A stretch of DNA of 64,000 nucleotides, taken from Candidatus Dormiibacterota bacterium (GTDB lineage: Archaea > Thermoproteota > Bathyarchaeia > 40CM-2-53-6). The stretch is from assembly GCA_035637535.1 (NCBI GenBank), contig DASPWZ010000032.1, forward strand, positions 16,421 to 80,420, in the 5' to 3' direction. The notes beneath the pieces are model-generated. The model was not told the origin of the DNA. It was given only the letters and a program-made list of their open reading frames with translations, and ran no database searches. Below, in pieces: positions 39,259 through 47,659 of this stretch. The translations under genes and the position numbers were made by a program. Numbering within the stretch: position 1 is the stretch's first letter; every line of letters starts with the position of its first letter.

Positions 39259-39799
39259 GATTTCACTGTGAGACTAGGAATCGCCAGTCTCCTCGCGTAA
39301 TTTAACGTTTCCACTTTGCAGATCCCTCTTGACTCTGTCGCTTAGCTTCCAAACGATATGCTGGAAGCTGAGACTCTTAGTCGATAGGCATCTCGATTGT
39401 CCGCAGTTATTTCCTGGGTCGAAAAGGGTTGAACATTGTTAGGAAGTTCAAGCTTCTCAAGGATTTCCGAGAGTCCAATAATCGTCGGAACGATTGACGA
39501 CTCGCACGTCAAATTGTCTAGGTGAAGGGCAAATTTGTTGTACACGAGGCGCCCGAAGAACTCGGCAGCGCCGACTTTGCTACAACTATGTGTGTTTGTC
39601 TCATTCCGATGTCAGTGCACATCTAGTTGTCCGATTCTGCCGTTGTCTGCGGAATTTTTATCTACGATTTCTTGCTCGCAAGCAACCGGATGATCTTTTT
39701 TCGGTGAAAAAGTTCGTGGAGAGAAAATTTTCTCCGTTGACTGAAAAAAATTCTCGCGGAAAAAATTACTGTCGCGATCGATCTGCGCGCAAACAATTC

Positions 39800-39806
39800 T
39801 TAAATA
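39800..39806 (+). promoter_or_regulatory. TATA-box candidate for the SAM decarboxylase gene
   Basis: ttaaata lies 58 nt upstream of the ATG at 39864. This argues against the TTG start at 39822. Confidence 0.3.
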
Positions 39807-39863
39807 CGCGTCGAGCAGCAATTGTTATCATCCGGAAAATTCGGACTAGAAAATCTTCCAGAA

Positions 39864-40286
39864 ATGTTTGGACCACACCTTACGCTTGATTTGTCGGAAT
39901 GTGACCGTCGAAAGCTCTCCGACCTCTCTCACATCTATGATCTCTTAGATGAGCTTCCCGACGTTATCGGGATGCACAAGATCACCCCGCCCTATACTTT
40001 CATCTATCGCCCAGGCGACAATCCGTCTGAATGGGGAGTCAGCGGCTTCGTCATAATCGCTGAGAGCCACATCAGCATTCACACCTTCCCGGACAGAAAC
40101 TCAGCCTTCGTCGACATCTTCAGCTGCAAACAATTCGACATTCACAAGGCCGTCGACTACATCGTCGCCAAGCTGGACGCTCACAAGGCAGACAAGAAAC
40201 TCTCCGGGCGAGGAAAAGAATACCCCCGACAGGTTGAAGCTGCTAGAGAGATTGTAATACGATCCCGCCCCAGCCTAAAGCAGTAG
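39864..40286 (+). CDS. speH: S-adenosylmethionine decarboxylase proenzyme (pyruvoyl type)
   Basis: ORF 39822-40286; the likely start is MFGPHL at 39864. Self-cleavage motif IIAESHISIHTFPD. Confidence 0.85.
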   Translation: MFGPHLTLDLSECDRRKLSDLSHIYDLLDELPDVIGMHKITPPYTFIYRPGDNPSEWGVSGFVIIAESHISIHTFPDRNSAFVDIFSCKQFDIHKAVDYIVAKLDAHKADKKLSGRGKEYPRQVEAAREIVIRSRPSLKQ

Positions 40287-40289
40287 GCT

Positions 40290-40407
40290 GAGCCTGGAAC
40301 ATTCTCTCTAGATCTTCTCTTTCTCTTTTTCTACTAACTATTTCTCGACCCCCCTAGGGGTATGTCTGAACAAAAAAAGTCCTTCACACTTTACAGGCGA
40401 GAACTGT
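40290..40407 (-). repeat. tRNA-trailer module, copy L (inverted copy of 60545-60660)
   Basis: Core 40326-40394 matches the reverse complement of 60559-60626 with 1 mismatch plus 1 indel in ~68 bp. Similarity decays outward on both sides. Confidence 0.8.
40371..40377 (-). terminator. oligo-T (T7) terminator candidate downstream of the tRNA-Leu locus
   Basis: A T7 run on the minus strand, ~32-38 nt beyond the (displaced) tRNA 3' end. Same position as in copy R. Confidence 0.35.
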
Positions 40408-40453
40408 ATGGTGCGGGAGGTGGGATTTGAACCCACGAACCCCTACGGGACAG
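40408..40453 (-). repeat. att direct repeat, distal copy
   Basis: atggtgcgggaggtgggatttgaacccacgaacccctacgggacag, identical to 53293-53338. Confidence 0.9.
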
Positions 40454-40467
40454 AGTCCTGAACCCTG
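40409..40467 (-). pseudogene. tRNA-Leu-like 3' fragment carrying a CAG anticodon arm (element side of att)
   Basis: Minus strand reads CAGGG-TTCAGGA-CTCTG-TCCCGTAGGGGTTC-GTGGGTTCAAATCCCAC-CTCCCGC-A-CCA. No 5' acceptor or D arm is found upstream. Confidence 0.75.
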
Positions 40468-40558
40468 CGGGTTCGGACTGGCGCCTTTTTCTTGCAAGTT
40501 GGTTCAGTCATAGGTACCTACTAAGGCATATATGGTTTTGGGTACCTACTGATCTCAT

Positions 40559-40735
40559 ATGCGTACCATTCGCCTACAGAAGCAGTTGAACCGTAGCGAG
40601 AACGGGAAGAATTACTACAAGTATGTCGTAGTAGTTCCCAGTGAGGCGATAGAAATTTTGGAGTGGTTTGAGGTACGCGAGTTGCATTATCAAGTTAAAG
40701 GACACAACCTAATTCTGAACCCAGCTATCCAATAA
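40559..40735 (+). CDS. small AbrB/SpoVT-like DNA-binding protein (putative; 58 aa, not in the ORF track)
   Basis: MRTIRLQKQLNRSENGKNYYKYVVVVPSEAIEILEW... resembles swapped-hairpin (AbrB-type) regulators. First ORF inside the element. Confidence 0.4.
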   Translation: MRTIRLQKQLNRSENGKNYYKYVVVVPSEAIEILEWFEVRELHYQVKGHNLILNPAIQ

Positions 40736-41009
40736 CTCTCCCATACTGAGAGGTTATTACGCGATAACCCGGTGATATGTCCGTATGACCAATTTTTTTT
40801 TCACCGAGATGTGTCGCTACCCAATTCGCTTATTAGGTGGGGAAGCCCCATTTGATCACAGAAACGCATGATGGTTTTCATGAACGACTGAGGAAGCGCG
40901 ACCCAAATCCGTTTGCCCGTTTTGTGGAAGTTCCGTCTCACCGGACTACGAAGACGAACTATGGGAATGGTTCGAAGGCCGAATTGATGCCATAATAGGA
41001 AAAGCGCCT

Positions 41010-41219
41010 TTGGATTGTGACCCATTCGGCCCCCTCGTCGCGACCAAACCTTGGCATTGTATCCGACAAGCTATCATCGCCGAGTACCCCCGACGAGCCC
41101 TGATGCTCTATTTGACGCTCAAGATCGAGCGCGTTGCAAGAGAAAGGGGCATATCGCGGCGAGCAGCTTCCAACTGGCTCAGAAGACACAAATTCAATCT
41201 TCCGCTGAAGGACAAGTGA
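41010..41219 (+). CDS. HTH DNA-binding protein; possibly the 3' part of a frameshifted Zn-ribbon-HTH gene starting near 40868
   Basis: IERVARERGISRRAASNWLRRH is HTH-like. The frame stays open upstream to 40884 and encodes CPFCG, with no canonical start codon there. Confidence 0.5.
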   Translation: MDCDPFGPLVATKPWHCIRQAIIAEYPRRALMLYLTLKIERVARERGISRRAASNWLRRHKFNLPLKDK

Positions 41220-41325
41220 TGACGCGATGTGGTATATGCATACAGCAAGCGTGTGTCATCATTGTCCTAATCGTTTGCAATCCTTCCGGTTCCGTGTGAT
41301 TTGAAACGCAGATGAGCGAGAATGA

Positions 41326-41580
41326 GTGACTAGTTACTCGGTTGAACTTCAGGATGTGATTAGCGAAGTCTTGAGCAAACACCAGCGAATGTTAAGCCCC
41401 GAGTTTATCGTTAGAGAGGCACGAAGAATTTTCCATGAACGATATGGGCGCTGGATTCGAGGATCAAGCATTGATCGATGCCTCCGCTGGATGGCGAATG
41501 ACCTTGACACAATAACTTCGACCAGGAACGGACGTCACATATTCTACACTCGTCGGAGGGCCCCGAGCCTCCTAGAATAA
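41326..41580 (+). CDS. hypothetical protein (possible winged-helix)
   Basis: 84-aa basic helical ORF in the element's regulatory end. Confidence 0.4.
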   Translation: MTSYSVELQDVISEVLSKHQRMLSPEFIVREARRIFHERYGRWIRGSSIDRCLRWMANDLDTITSTRNGRHIFYTRRRAPSLLE

Positions 41581-41621
41581 GGGCGGCTGATCCTCGAAGT
41601 TAATCAAGATAATGATGAACC

Positions 41622-42035
41622 ATGACACCAACATGTCCGCAATGCAGGAGCGCCAACCCTGATGGCTCGAAGTTCTGCGCTTCCTGTGGACATATTCTTG
41701 TGCTTCTTACTTCGCCTCGATTCGAGCCGCCCATTCTGTGGAAATGTAAGTCAACACTTGGACCTGATGGCGGCTATGTTGTAGATTGGAGCGGAAGTCC
41801 TACCTTTCGAGTAACGTTCGGAGCAATCGGTCAAGACTATTCGGAATTGCACATGGTGCCAGTTCTGACAGGAGTCGGCATCGCGGTCCCGGCTGGAAGT
41901 TGGTTGTTGGAGCGTGTCTCATGCCTGGATTCTTTGAACTGCTACGTGATTGACCCCAAAGAGGTCGCAGTGAAGTACCAAGTAATCAGCAGTAAGCTAA
42001 GTGCGGACGATGTGATTGTTGTTCGAGTTCACTAA
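41622..42035 (+). CDS. zinc-ribbon domain protein (hypothetical)
   Basis: 137 aa. CPQCRSANPDGSKFCASCG at the N-terminus. Confidence 0.5.
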   Translation: MTPTCPQCRSANPDGSKFCASCGHILVLLTSPRFEPPILWKCKSTLGPDGGYVVDWSGSPTFRVTFGAIGQDYSELHMVPVLTGVGIAVPAGSWLLERVSCLDSLNCYVIDPKEVAVKYQVISSKLSADDVIVVRVH

Positions 42036-42089
42036 AAACCCCTAGAAGAAGAGCTGCCTAGGCAGTTCAGCGAAGAAGATGTGTGAGAC

Positions 42090-42287
42090 ATGAGAGACCG
42101 CACTATTGTCATTGCCTTCTTTGGAATATTTGTCGCAGTAGGACTGTTCGTCTCGGGTACGATACTTGGATTGGTGTTGGGACTTGTCGCCTTGTTACTC
42201 GTCGGAATATTCGTGTCACTAGAGCCGAGAAAGGACTATAATGGGGAAGGTCCACTTGCACCGGAAGCGCTGTCAGTCTATCGGTAG
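42090..42287 (+). CDS. small membrane protein (hypothetical)
   Basis: 65 aa, two TM helices. Confidence 0.4.
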   Translation: MRDRTIVIAFFGIFVAVGLFVSGTILGLVLGLVALLLVGIFVSLEPRKDYNGEGPLAPEALSVYR

Positions 42288-42291
42288 TCGC

Positions 42292-42510
42292 TCAAGGTCT
42301 TTTTTCTGGGTCATGTCTGGGCAGTAGCCCTTTCGGCACCTTCTTGGTGGTTCTGATGTACTCGTAGGATGGAGGCAATCCCACCTTCAGTTTGTGTCCA
42401 GTAGTTTTTTCCACTTCCTTCCACACTATCTGTTTCTTTCGAGGATTCCTACTGGCCTTTCTGCCAAGGGCGCTACCACTAAGTTTTCCCATTTTCGTAT
42501 CTGGAGTCAT
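42292..42510 (-). CDS. small basic protein (hypothetical)
   Basis: 72 aa, Lys/Arg-rich. Lies downstream of the TBP gene on the same strand. Confidence 0.3.
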   Translation of the reverse strand: MTPDTKMGKLSGSALGRKASRNPRKKQIVWKEVEKTTGHKLKVGLPPSYEYIRTTKKVPKGLLPRHDPEKRP

Positions 42511-42599
42511 ACTTCGAGCGACTGATACAAAAGACTGTTTCCCCTAGCAGGGTCAAAAATGCAACCATTGAGGTAGGAGGCTGTCCATCATTCGTCGGA

Positions 42600-43142
42600 C
42601 TATTCATCCAGTTTTCTCAATATGTGTCTGGCGCTTTCTAGCAATCGTAGACTCTTCAGACCTGCAAACACCACCTTACCACTCGCAAAAACCAAGACCG
42701 ACGCTCCCTCAAGTTCTTCCGCATAATATATTGCTCCTGAGAATTGCTCTGGCTCATAGAGAACGTTTGGTCTGGTGGCAAGCCGCTCAATGTCTATGGG
42801 CTTTCCAAGTCCGCCTGTTGCCACAATATTTCGGAGCTTTACGACTAGCTTTGTTGGTTTAATCAGCCTGAGTTTCGCAACCTTTCTTGCTGCATATTCA
42901 AGGTCAAGCCTAGCATCTTCTAGACCCTTCGCACCCACACAAATCATCCTTCCAGTGGAAAAAATGGAGACTTTGCCCTTCATTTCCGAATCTTTGAGAT
43001 ACGCACATCTGTACACTGTCGGGTCATAACGGAAACCTTCGATTCCAACCAGCATCTGTAAGTTGACGAGTTGATTGAGGTCTGCTGTTGCAACTAGGTT
43101 CACAATGTTGAGCTTTGGAAGCAGTTCTTGCAGGGCTTGCAA
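42600..43142 (-). CDS. tbp: TATA-box binding protein, element-encoded paralog
   Basis: 180 aa with two TBP repeats (NIVNLVATADL...KVSIFSTGRMICVGAK; LRNIVATGGL...SVLVFASGKVVFAGLK). Confidence 0.9.
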   Translation of the reverse strand: MQALQELLPKLNIVNLVATADLNQLVNLQMLVGIEGFRYDPTVYRCAYLKDSEMKGKVSIFSTGRMICVGAKGLEDARLDLEYAARKVAKLRLIKPTKLVVKLRNIVATGGLGKPIDIERLATRPNVLYEPEQFSGAIYYAEELEGASVLVFASGKVVFAGLKSLRLLESARHILRKLDE

Positions 43143-45541
43143 TCTCCGAAATGGTCTGGGATATGCTTCAACCTACATCTCAGCGGACGACTAAAGGTCT
43201 TATTCCCTTCAAAACAGCGGATGGCGGACCATTGGCTCCATCCAGAGACTTTGAGAACCAAGTTGCAGCCTCACTAGCTGGCATTGTGAAGCAACTGGCC
43301 ACGGGACCAACTCCCCCTTCGGGGGAAGGCAAGGAAAGAGTCCTGCGAACCCTCATCCGAGACAGACTTCTGATCGACACCCTTGGCTGGCCAAGAGAAA
43401 AGCTCCTCTTCGGAGAAATTTACGACATCTACGGGTTTGACCTTCTCAACTATCTTGTAACTTACGTAGAGACAAAGACACCCAATCTTCCAAGACTCAA
43501 CGCCGACGCGATTAACCAATTCGAAAGAAATCTGAAGAGACTTGGGACCTGCGATTTTGGATTCATCACAAACGGCCATCAACTGATTGGGTATGATTGC
43601 ACAACTGGACCTTCTGGAATCAAAGTTTCCCAGAATGAATCAATCGATCTGGAAGACGTAGCTACACAATACCAATCCGGAAAAATCAACGAAAGAACAA
43701 TCGAGAAGCTCTTAACCATCTTTCGACCTCTGAAAGCGAGCCGTTACTTAACAGCGGGACCTTCCTCTTATGAAGTGGAGTTCGGGAAAGTTCACCCAAA
43801 GCCTCAGCGTTCTGACGAAATTCGGATTCTTAGCACCCAAATGAAGAGTGCACTGGACGAGCTAACGGACATGCTTGTGGATGTACTCAGAACATTCCTG
43901 GGGACAAGCATTCCGATCGGCTCATCAAACGGTACCGGATTTACCATATGGGCCCCACTCGATGACTGGAGCACATACTCGGGAAGAGTCCCACCTACCA
44001 CTATCGGCAATTACCTTGATGACAAAGTTAGGAAGCTAAGCGAACTTCGCAAGTCCAGTAAACTCAACAATGCTACATTGAAAAGAGAAGCAAGGCTAGC
44101 AAAGAGGAATCTAGGAATCGAGGCCAAAGAGGAATTGCTGAGCGAATTAATCGCCAGCTTCGTAACGGATCAAGATGGATTCGATACTCATCTAAGAGAT
44201 GAGTTGCTTGAGTTAATCGATGCAGACCATGTCCAAGTTTTCGCGAGGCAAACCGCTCACGTCATCCTCAGTCGGATCTTGCTGTATCGAGTCGCCGAAG
44301 ACAAAGGCCTTGTCGCAAGAAAACTGTCGGGAGCGAGCGTAGACCGACGTCTAAAGGACGTCGGAGGCGGACTACTCGATTGGTATCAGAAGGCGACGGC
44401 CTTCAGAAACATGGTTGATGAGGCTGAAAAGTTGATGGCTGATGTATTCTATTCTCACCTCTACCTCCATGGACTATTTGATTGGTGGGTAGTTCCGTCT
44501 GAAACAAAGGAAGAATATGATGAGAATGAAGAGGCCATCTATAGACGGGCCGAAAGATCAATTGACATTTCCCTGGAAAAATGCATCCGAATTCTCAACC
44601 GATTCGATCTCTCTGAAATTGAAAGAGATATTTGGAAAGATGTGTACCAAGAATATCTTCCCCCGAAAGAGAGAGCCAGACTTGGAGGGTTTTACACCCC
44701 GGATGAAATTGTCAACCTCATTCTCGATCGAGTCGGCTACAACGAAGCCGCGCCACTTTGCAAACTCAAGGTACTTGATCCTGCTTGTGGCAGCGGTACC
44801 TTCTTAGTTGAAGCGGCGAAGAGGCTCAGAACCCACCTAGAAACCAAGAAGATTTGCCATTCAGACCTATCGGAAATCAAGGACAATCGAGAATTGGCAT
44901 GGCGGGTTTTGAACAAAATCGTCGCGGGTTTGTTCGGGCTAGACATCCATCCATTTGCTTGTTTCTTGACCGAAATGAATGTCCTCTTTTACGTCGTAGA
45001 CCTGTTGTTAGTCGCGAAGAAACTTGAGCCGAGCCGCAAAGTCCGAGAACTGAGCATTGGTTGCGACGATTCGCTTCGGCCTCCTGAACAGGAAGTACAA
45101 CTTCAGCTGTCCCAGTTCACACAAACGAATTCTCGTGCCGAGAGCCTCGTGAAAGATCGTGAGAAAGCGCGCCGAATCAAGGGTACGGCTTTCGACATTG
45201 TGGTAGGGAATCCGCCTTGGAGTGGTGTGTTGCGAGGTGAGCTAAGCCCGCTATTTGATGAGGCAACTAAGGCTCTCTACAAACATTACCCGAGTGCGAC
45301 GGACAAGTACGACATATACGTCCTGTTTCTTGAGAGAGGCATTCGGTGGCTACCTGCTAAGGGACATCTTGGCTTTATCACGCAAAACCGATACTTGAGA
45401 AGAAGATATGGTCGCGGAATCCGGCGGTTCATAAGAGAGACCTGTTCTATGATAACACTCATCGATCTCTGGCCGGCGGGCCCTGTGGTATTTCCAGGAC
45501 GGACCAATTACCCATGCATAACGGTATTAGAGCGAATGTAA
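43115..45541 (+). CDS. type IIG/IIL (MmeI-like) restriction-modification enzyme, nuclease plus gamma-N6A methyltransferase part
   Basis: 808 aa. N-terminal D-x9-E-x-K (GFDLLNYLVTYVETK), motif I LDPACGSGTFLVEA, motif IV VVGNPPWSG. The true start is probably 43151 or 43163. Confidence 0.85.
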   Translation: MEAVLAGLAISEMVWDMLQPTSQRTTKGLIPFKTADGGPLAPSRDFENQVAASLAGIVKQLATGPTPPSGEGKERVLRTLIRDRLLIDTLGWPREKLLFGEIYDIYGFDLLNYLVTYVETKTPNLPRLNADAINQFERNLKRLGTCDFGFITNGHQLIGYDCTTGPSGIKVSQNESIDLEDVATQYQSGKINERTIEKLLTIFRPLKASRYLTAGPSSYEVEFGKVHPKPQRSDEIRILSTQMKSALDELTDMLVDVLRTFLGTSIPIGSSNGTGFTIWAPLDDWSTYSGRVPPTTIGNYLDDKVRKLSELRKSSKLNNATLKREARLAKRNLGIEAKEELLSELIASFVTDQDGFDTHLRDELLELIDADHVQVFARQTAHVILSRILLYRVAEDKGLVARKLSGASVDRRLKDVGGGLLDWYQKATAFRNMVDEAEKLMADVFYSHLYLHGLFDWWVVPSETKEEYDENEEAIYRRAERSIDISLEKCIRILNRFDLSEIERDIWKDVYQEYLPPKERARLGGFYTPDEIVNLILDRVGYNEAAPLCKLKVLDPACGSGTFLVEAAKRLRTHLETKKICHSDLSEIKDNRELAWRVLNKIVAGLFGLDIHPFACFLTEMNVLFYVVDLLLVAKKLEPSRKVRELSIGCDDSLRPPEQEVQLQLSQFTQTNSRAESLVKDREKARRIKGTAFDIVVGNPPWSGVLRGELSPLFDEATKALYKHYPSATDKYDIYVLFLERGIRWLPAKGHLGFITQNRYLRRRYGRGIRRFIRETCSMITLIDLWPAGPVVFPGRTNYPCITVLERM

Positions 45542-45542
45542 T

Positions 45543-46664
45543 ATGGCCGGCAATTTTCCTTTTGTCGAGGTAAAACAAAAAGCCCGTAAACTCGACTTAC
45601 AAGCGATTGTCAAAGAAATTGAGATGGGTCTCGCAACCGCTTCCTCCGGAGAGATGGTTGACAACGAATACATCAGAGCTTACTCCCTAGACCAAACCGT
45701 AATTCAGACCAACTCCGGCGAACCATGGAATCTCGCAGCCCCGGAAGTGTCCACGTTGAAGAAACGCATCCTATCGGTAAGCAACTGCGACCGATTGGAT
45801 TCAGTGTTTGAAATGACTCAAGGGGTGACTCCTGGAGGAGGGTGCCTCGACATCTTTCTGCTCGATTCTGCCGAATCTGTCGAAGCCGCACTCATGTCGC
45901 CGGCAGTAGAGGCTGAGGATATTGCAGATTGGAGAATCGGACTTCCTAGGAAGTGGTTGCTGTATCCTTATGCCGCTGACGGCAGGCTGATTAATTTGGG
46001 TAAGTTGGATTATGACTTGGAACAAGCAGATGCCCAAAAAAGAATAGATGCACTAATTGCTACAGGCTCAATAAAATATCCAAGGGCCTCGCGTTACCTC
46101 GTTAGGTCTTACGACAGGCTAGTTGCCCGTGAGGCTGAAAAGAAAACGTGGGACGACTACGGCAAAGAATGGTATGAGTATCACCGGCCGCGAGATCCAG
46201 CTGTAATGAAATCCTCACCAAAGATTCTCACGAGAAGGATGACTCATGACATGGAATTTGCCCTCGACGACCGTGGCTCCGTGCCCACGGATGGCTGTAT
46301 CGCTCTCACATTCAAAAAGAACAATAGGTGGCTAAAGCAAGCTCTTGAGCAAGGTCTGACAAATAACGAAGCGTTTCTTTTTTGTGTTGCAGTGTTGAAT
46401 TCATCTCTCATGAAACTCGTATTGAAGTCGAGTTCTGACGCTTGGCAGGGGAACTTTTTGCAAGTGCGGGAGGACAGTATTGGTCTATTCCCGATCAAGA
46501 TACTTGCAAATGGAGTAATGAAAAATGTCCGTCACATAGTATCGCTCACGAACGGTGCCCTGGCAGATTCTGAGAAACGCAAAGACGTGGACAAGGCAGT
46601 CATTCAATTATACGGCTTAAAATCCGATAGCGACTCGATCGTCTCTCACTCCGTCAACTCATGA
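45543..46664 (+). CDS. TaqI/Eco57I-type C-terminal target-recognition domain protein (separate ORF)
   Basis: 373 aa. Starts 1 nt after the upstream TAA. GKEWYEYHRPRD and ILTRRMTHDMEFALDD resemble the TRD of fused type IIG enzymes. Confidence 0.7.
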   Translation: MAGNFPFVEVKQKARKLDLQAIVKEIEMGLATASSGEMVDNEYIRAYSLDQTVIQTNSGEPWNLAAPEVSTLKKRILSVSNCDRLDSVFEMTQGVTPGGGCLDIFLLDSAESVEAALMSPAVEAEDIADWRIGLPRKWLLYPYAADGRLINLGKLDYDLEQADAQKRIDALIATGSIKYPRASRYLVRSYDRLVAREAEKKTWDDYGKEWYEYHRPRDPAVMKSSPKILTRRMTHDMEFALDDRGSVPTDGCIALTFKKNNRWLKQALEQGLTNNEAFLFCVAVLNSSLMKLVLKSSSDAWQGNFLQVREDSIGLFPIKILANGVMKNVRHIVSLTNGALADSEKRKDVDKAVIQLYGLKSDSDSIVSHSVNS

Positions 46665-46687
46665 CCCCAAGGTTATGAGTTCTCGGT

Positions 46688-47161
46688 TTACTTGTCCGGA
46701 ACGGATCCACGGGCTTTACCTGCCCGTTTGAGGCGACGGTACTCGGTGAGTCCATAAAACCAGTCGTTGATGATTTGGCTTTCATTTTTCGAAACGACGT
46801 TTCTTAGAACTTCGTCAGATGAGGTCTTGGCAATCTTCGCCAACGATTCGAGTCGATGCAAAGGAACACCTCTTGTTCCCTTCCACATCTCGCGAATTGA
46901 TCCGTTTAGTCCATCGCCAGATAAGTAACCCATAGCCAATGCTATTGAGTGCAGACTTCCCTCAGCTTCATAGGCTCTTGAGAAAAGGCTGTTTCGAAAC
47001 TCGGACCGGAGAAAGACTACTTGGTTTTTCTTCATCGTCGAAGGCATTGTTTCCCCGATCGACGGCAAGTCGCAGGACACTTGAGTGACGTTTAGGAACC
47101 AAGGGCCAATTATGTCTTCGCAAGAAAGGTAGCCGATGCAACGCCCGAATGACAACCTCAA
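46688..47161 (-). CDS. hypothetical protein, possible HTH regulator (likely start 47047)
   Basis: 157-aa ORF. The internal MPSTMKKNQ start gives 119 aa. Has a helical segment, SLHSIALAMGYLS...GVPLHRLESLAKIAK. Confidence 0.4.
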   Translation of the reverse strand: MRLSFGRCIGYLSCEDIIGPWFLNVTQVSCDLPSIGETMPSTMKKNQVVFLRSEFRNSLFSRAYEAEGSLHSIALAMGYLSGDGLNGSIREMWKGTRGVPLHRLESLAKIAKTSSDEVLRNVVSKNESQIINDWFYGLTEYRRLKRAGKARGSVPDK

Positions 47162-47301
47162 TCCATTCGTCTAAAGTTAGCATTAGACTGGAACCTTAAG
47201 AGTGAATGGACGGGACTAAGCAATCCGATGCAGTCCAACAATAGAGAAGACTTTGCGATGATAAGGTAGGTTTTGACTGGTGACGGTTATAGCTGGCTTG
47301 A

Positions 47302-47634
47302 CTACTGTCTTCGGACTTCCGCTATGATCTCTTTCAGGCTCCCTAGCGGAATGGGTGGGCTCGCCTCAATCTTCTTGATGAGTGTATCAAGAAATTCCAG
47401 TCTACGCTCAAACTTCGCGTTCTGACCTTTGAGCGTTATCCAGACGACCACCTCGGCTGCAACGCCGATAGGCGAGAATTCAATTAATTCGAGTTGTTTG
47501 GCGAGAATCGCTGCAACGAGAACGGCAAAGCCAGCTACAAGAGTTGTCACGAGAAAGATAGCCATATTCAGGTATGCGCTCGTGATGTAATTAGAGACAA
47601 GCTCAATTCTCATGCGTTCGCCTTCTTTGCTCAT
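47302..47634 (-). CDS. hypothetical two-TM membrane protein
   Basis: 110 aa, with two hydrophobic helices in the N-terminal half and a soluble helical C-terminal half. Confidence 0.4.
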   Translation of the reverse strand: MSKEGERMRIELVSNYITSAYLNMAIFLVTTLVAGFAVLVAAILAKQLELIEFSPIGVAAEVVVWITLKGQNAKFERRLEFLDTLIKKIEASPPIPLGSLKEIIAEVRRQ

Positions 47635-47659
47635 GAATTATCAACTAAGGGCATCCAGC

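Noticed and set aside
40801-41025. 74-aa minus-strand ORF inside the element
   Set aside because: It is antisense to the open frame that encodes a CxxC knuckle and continues into a clear HTH, so the plus-strand reading is more plausible.
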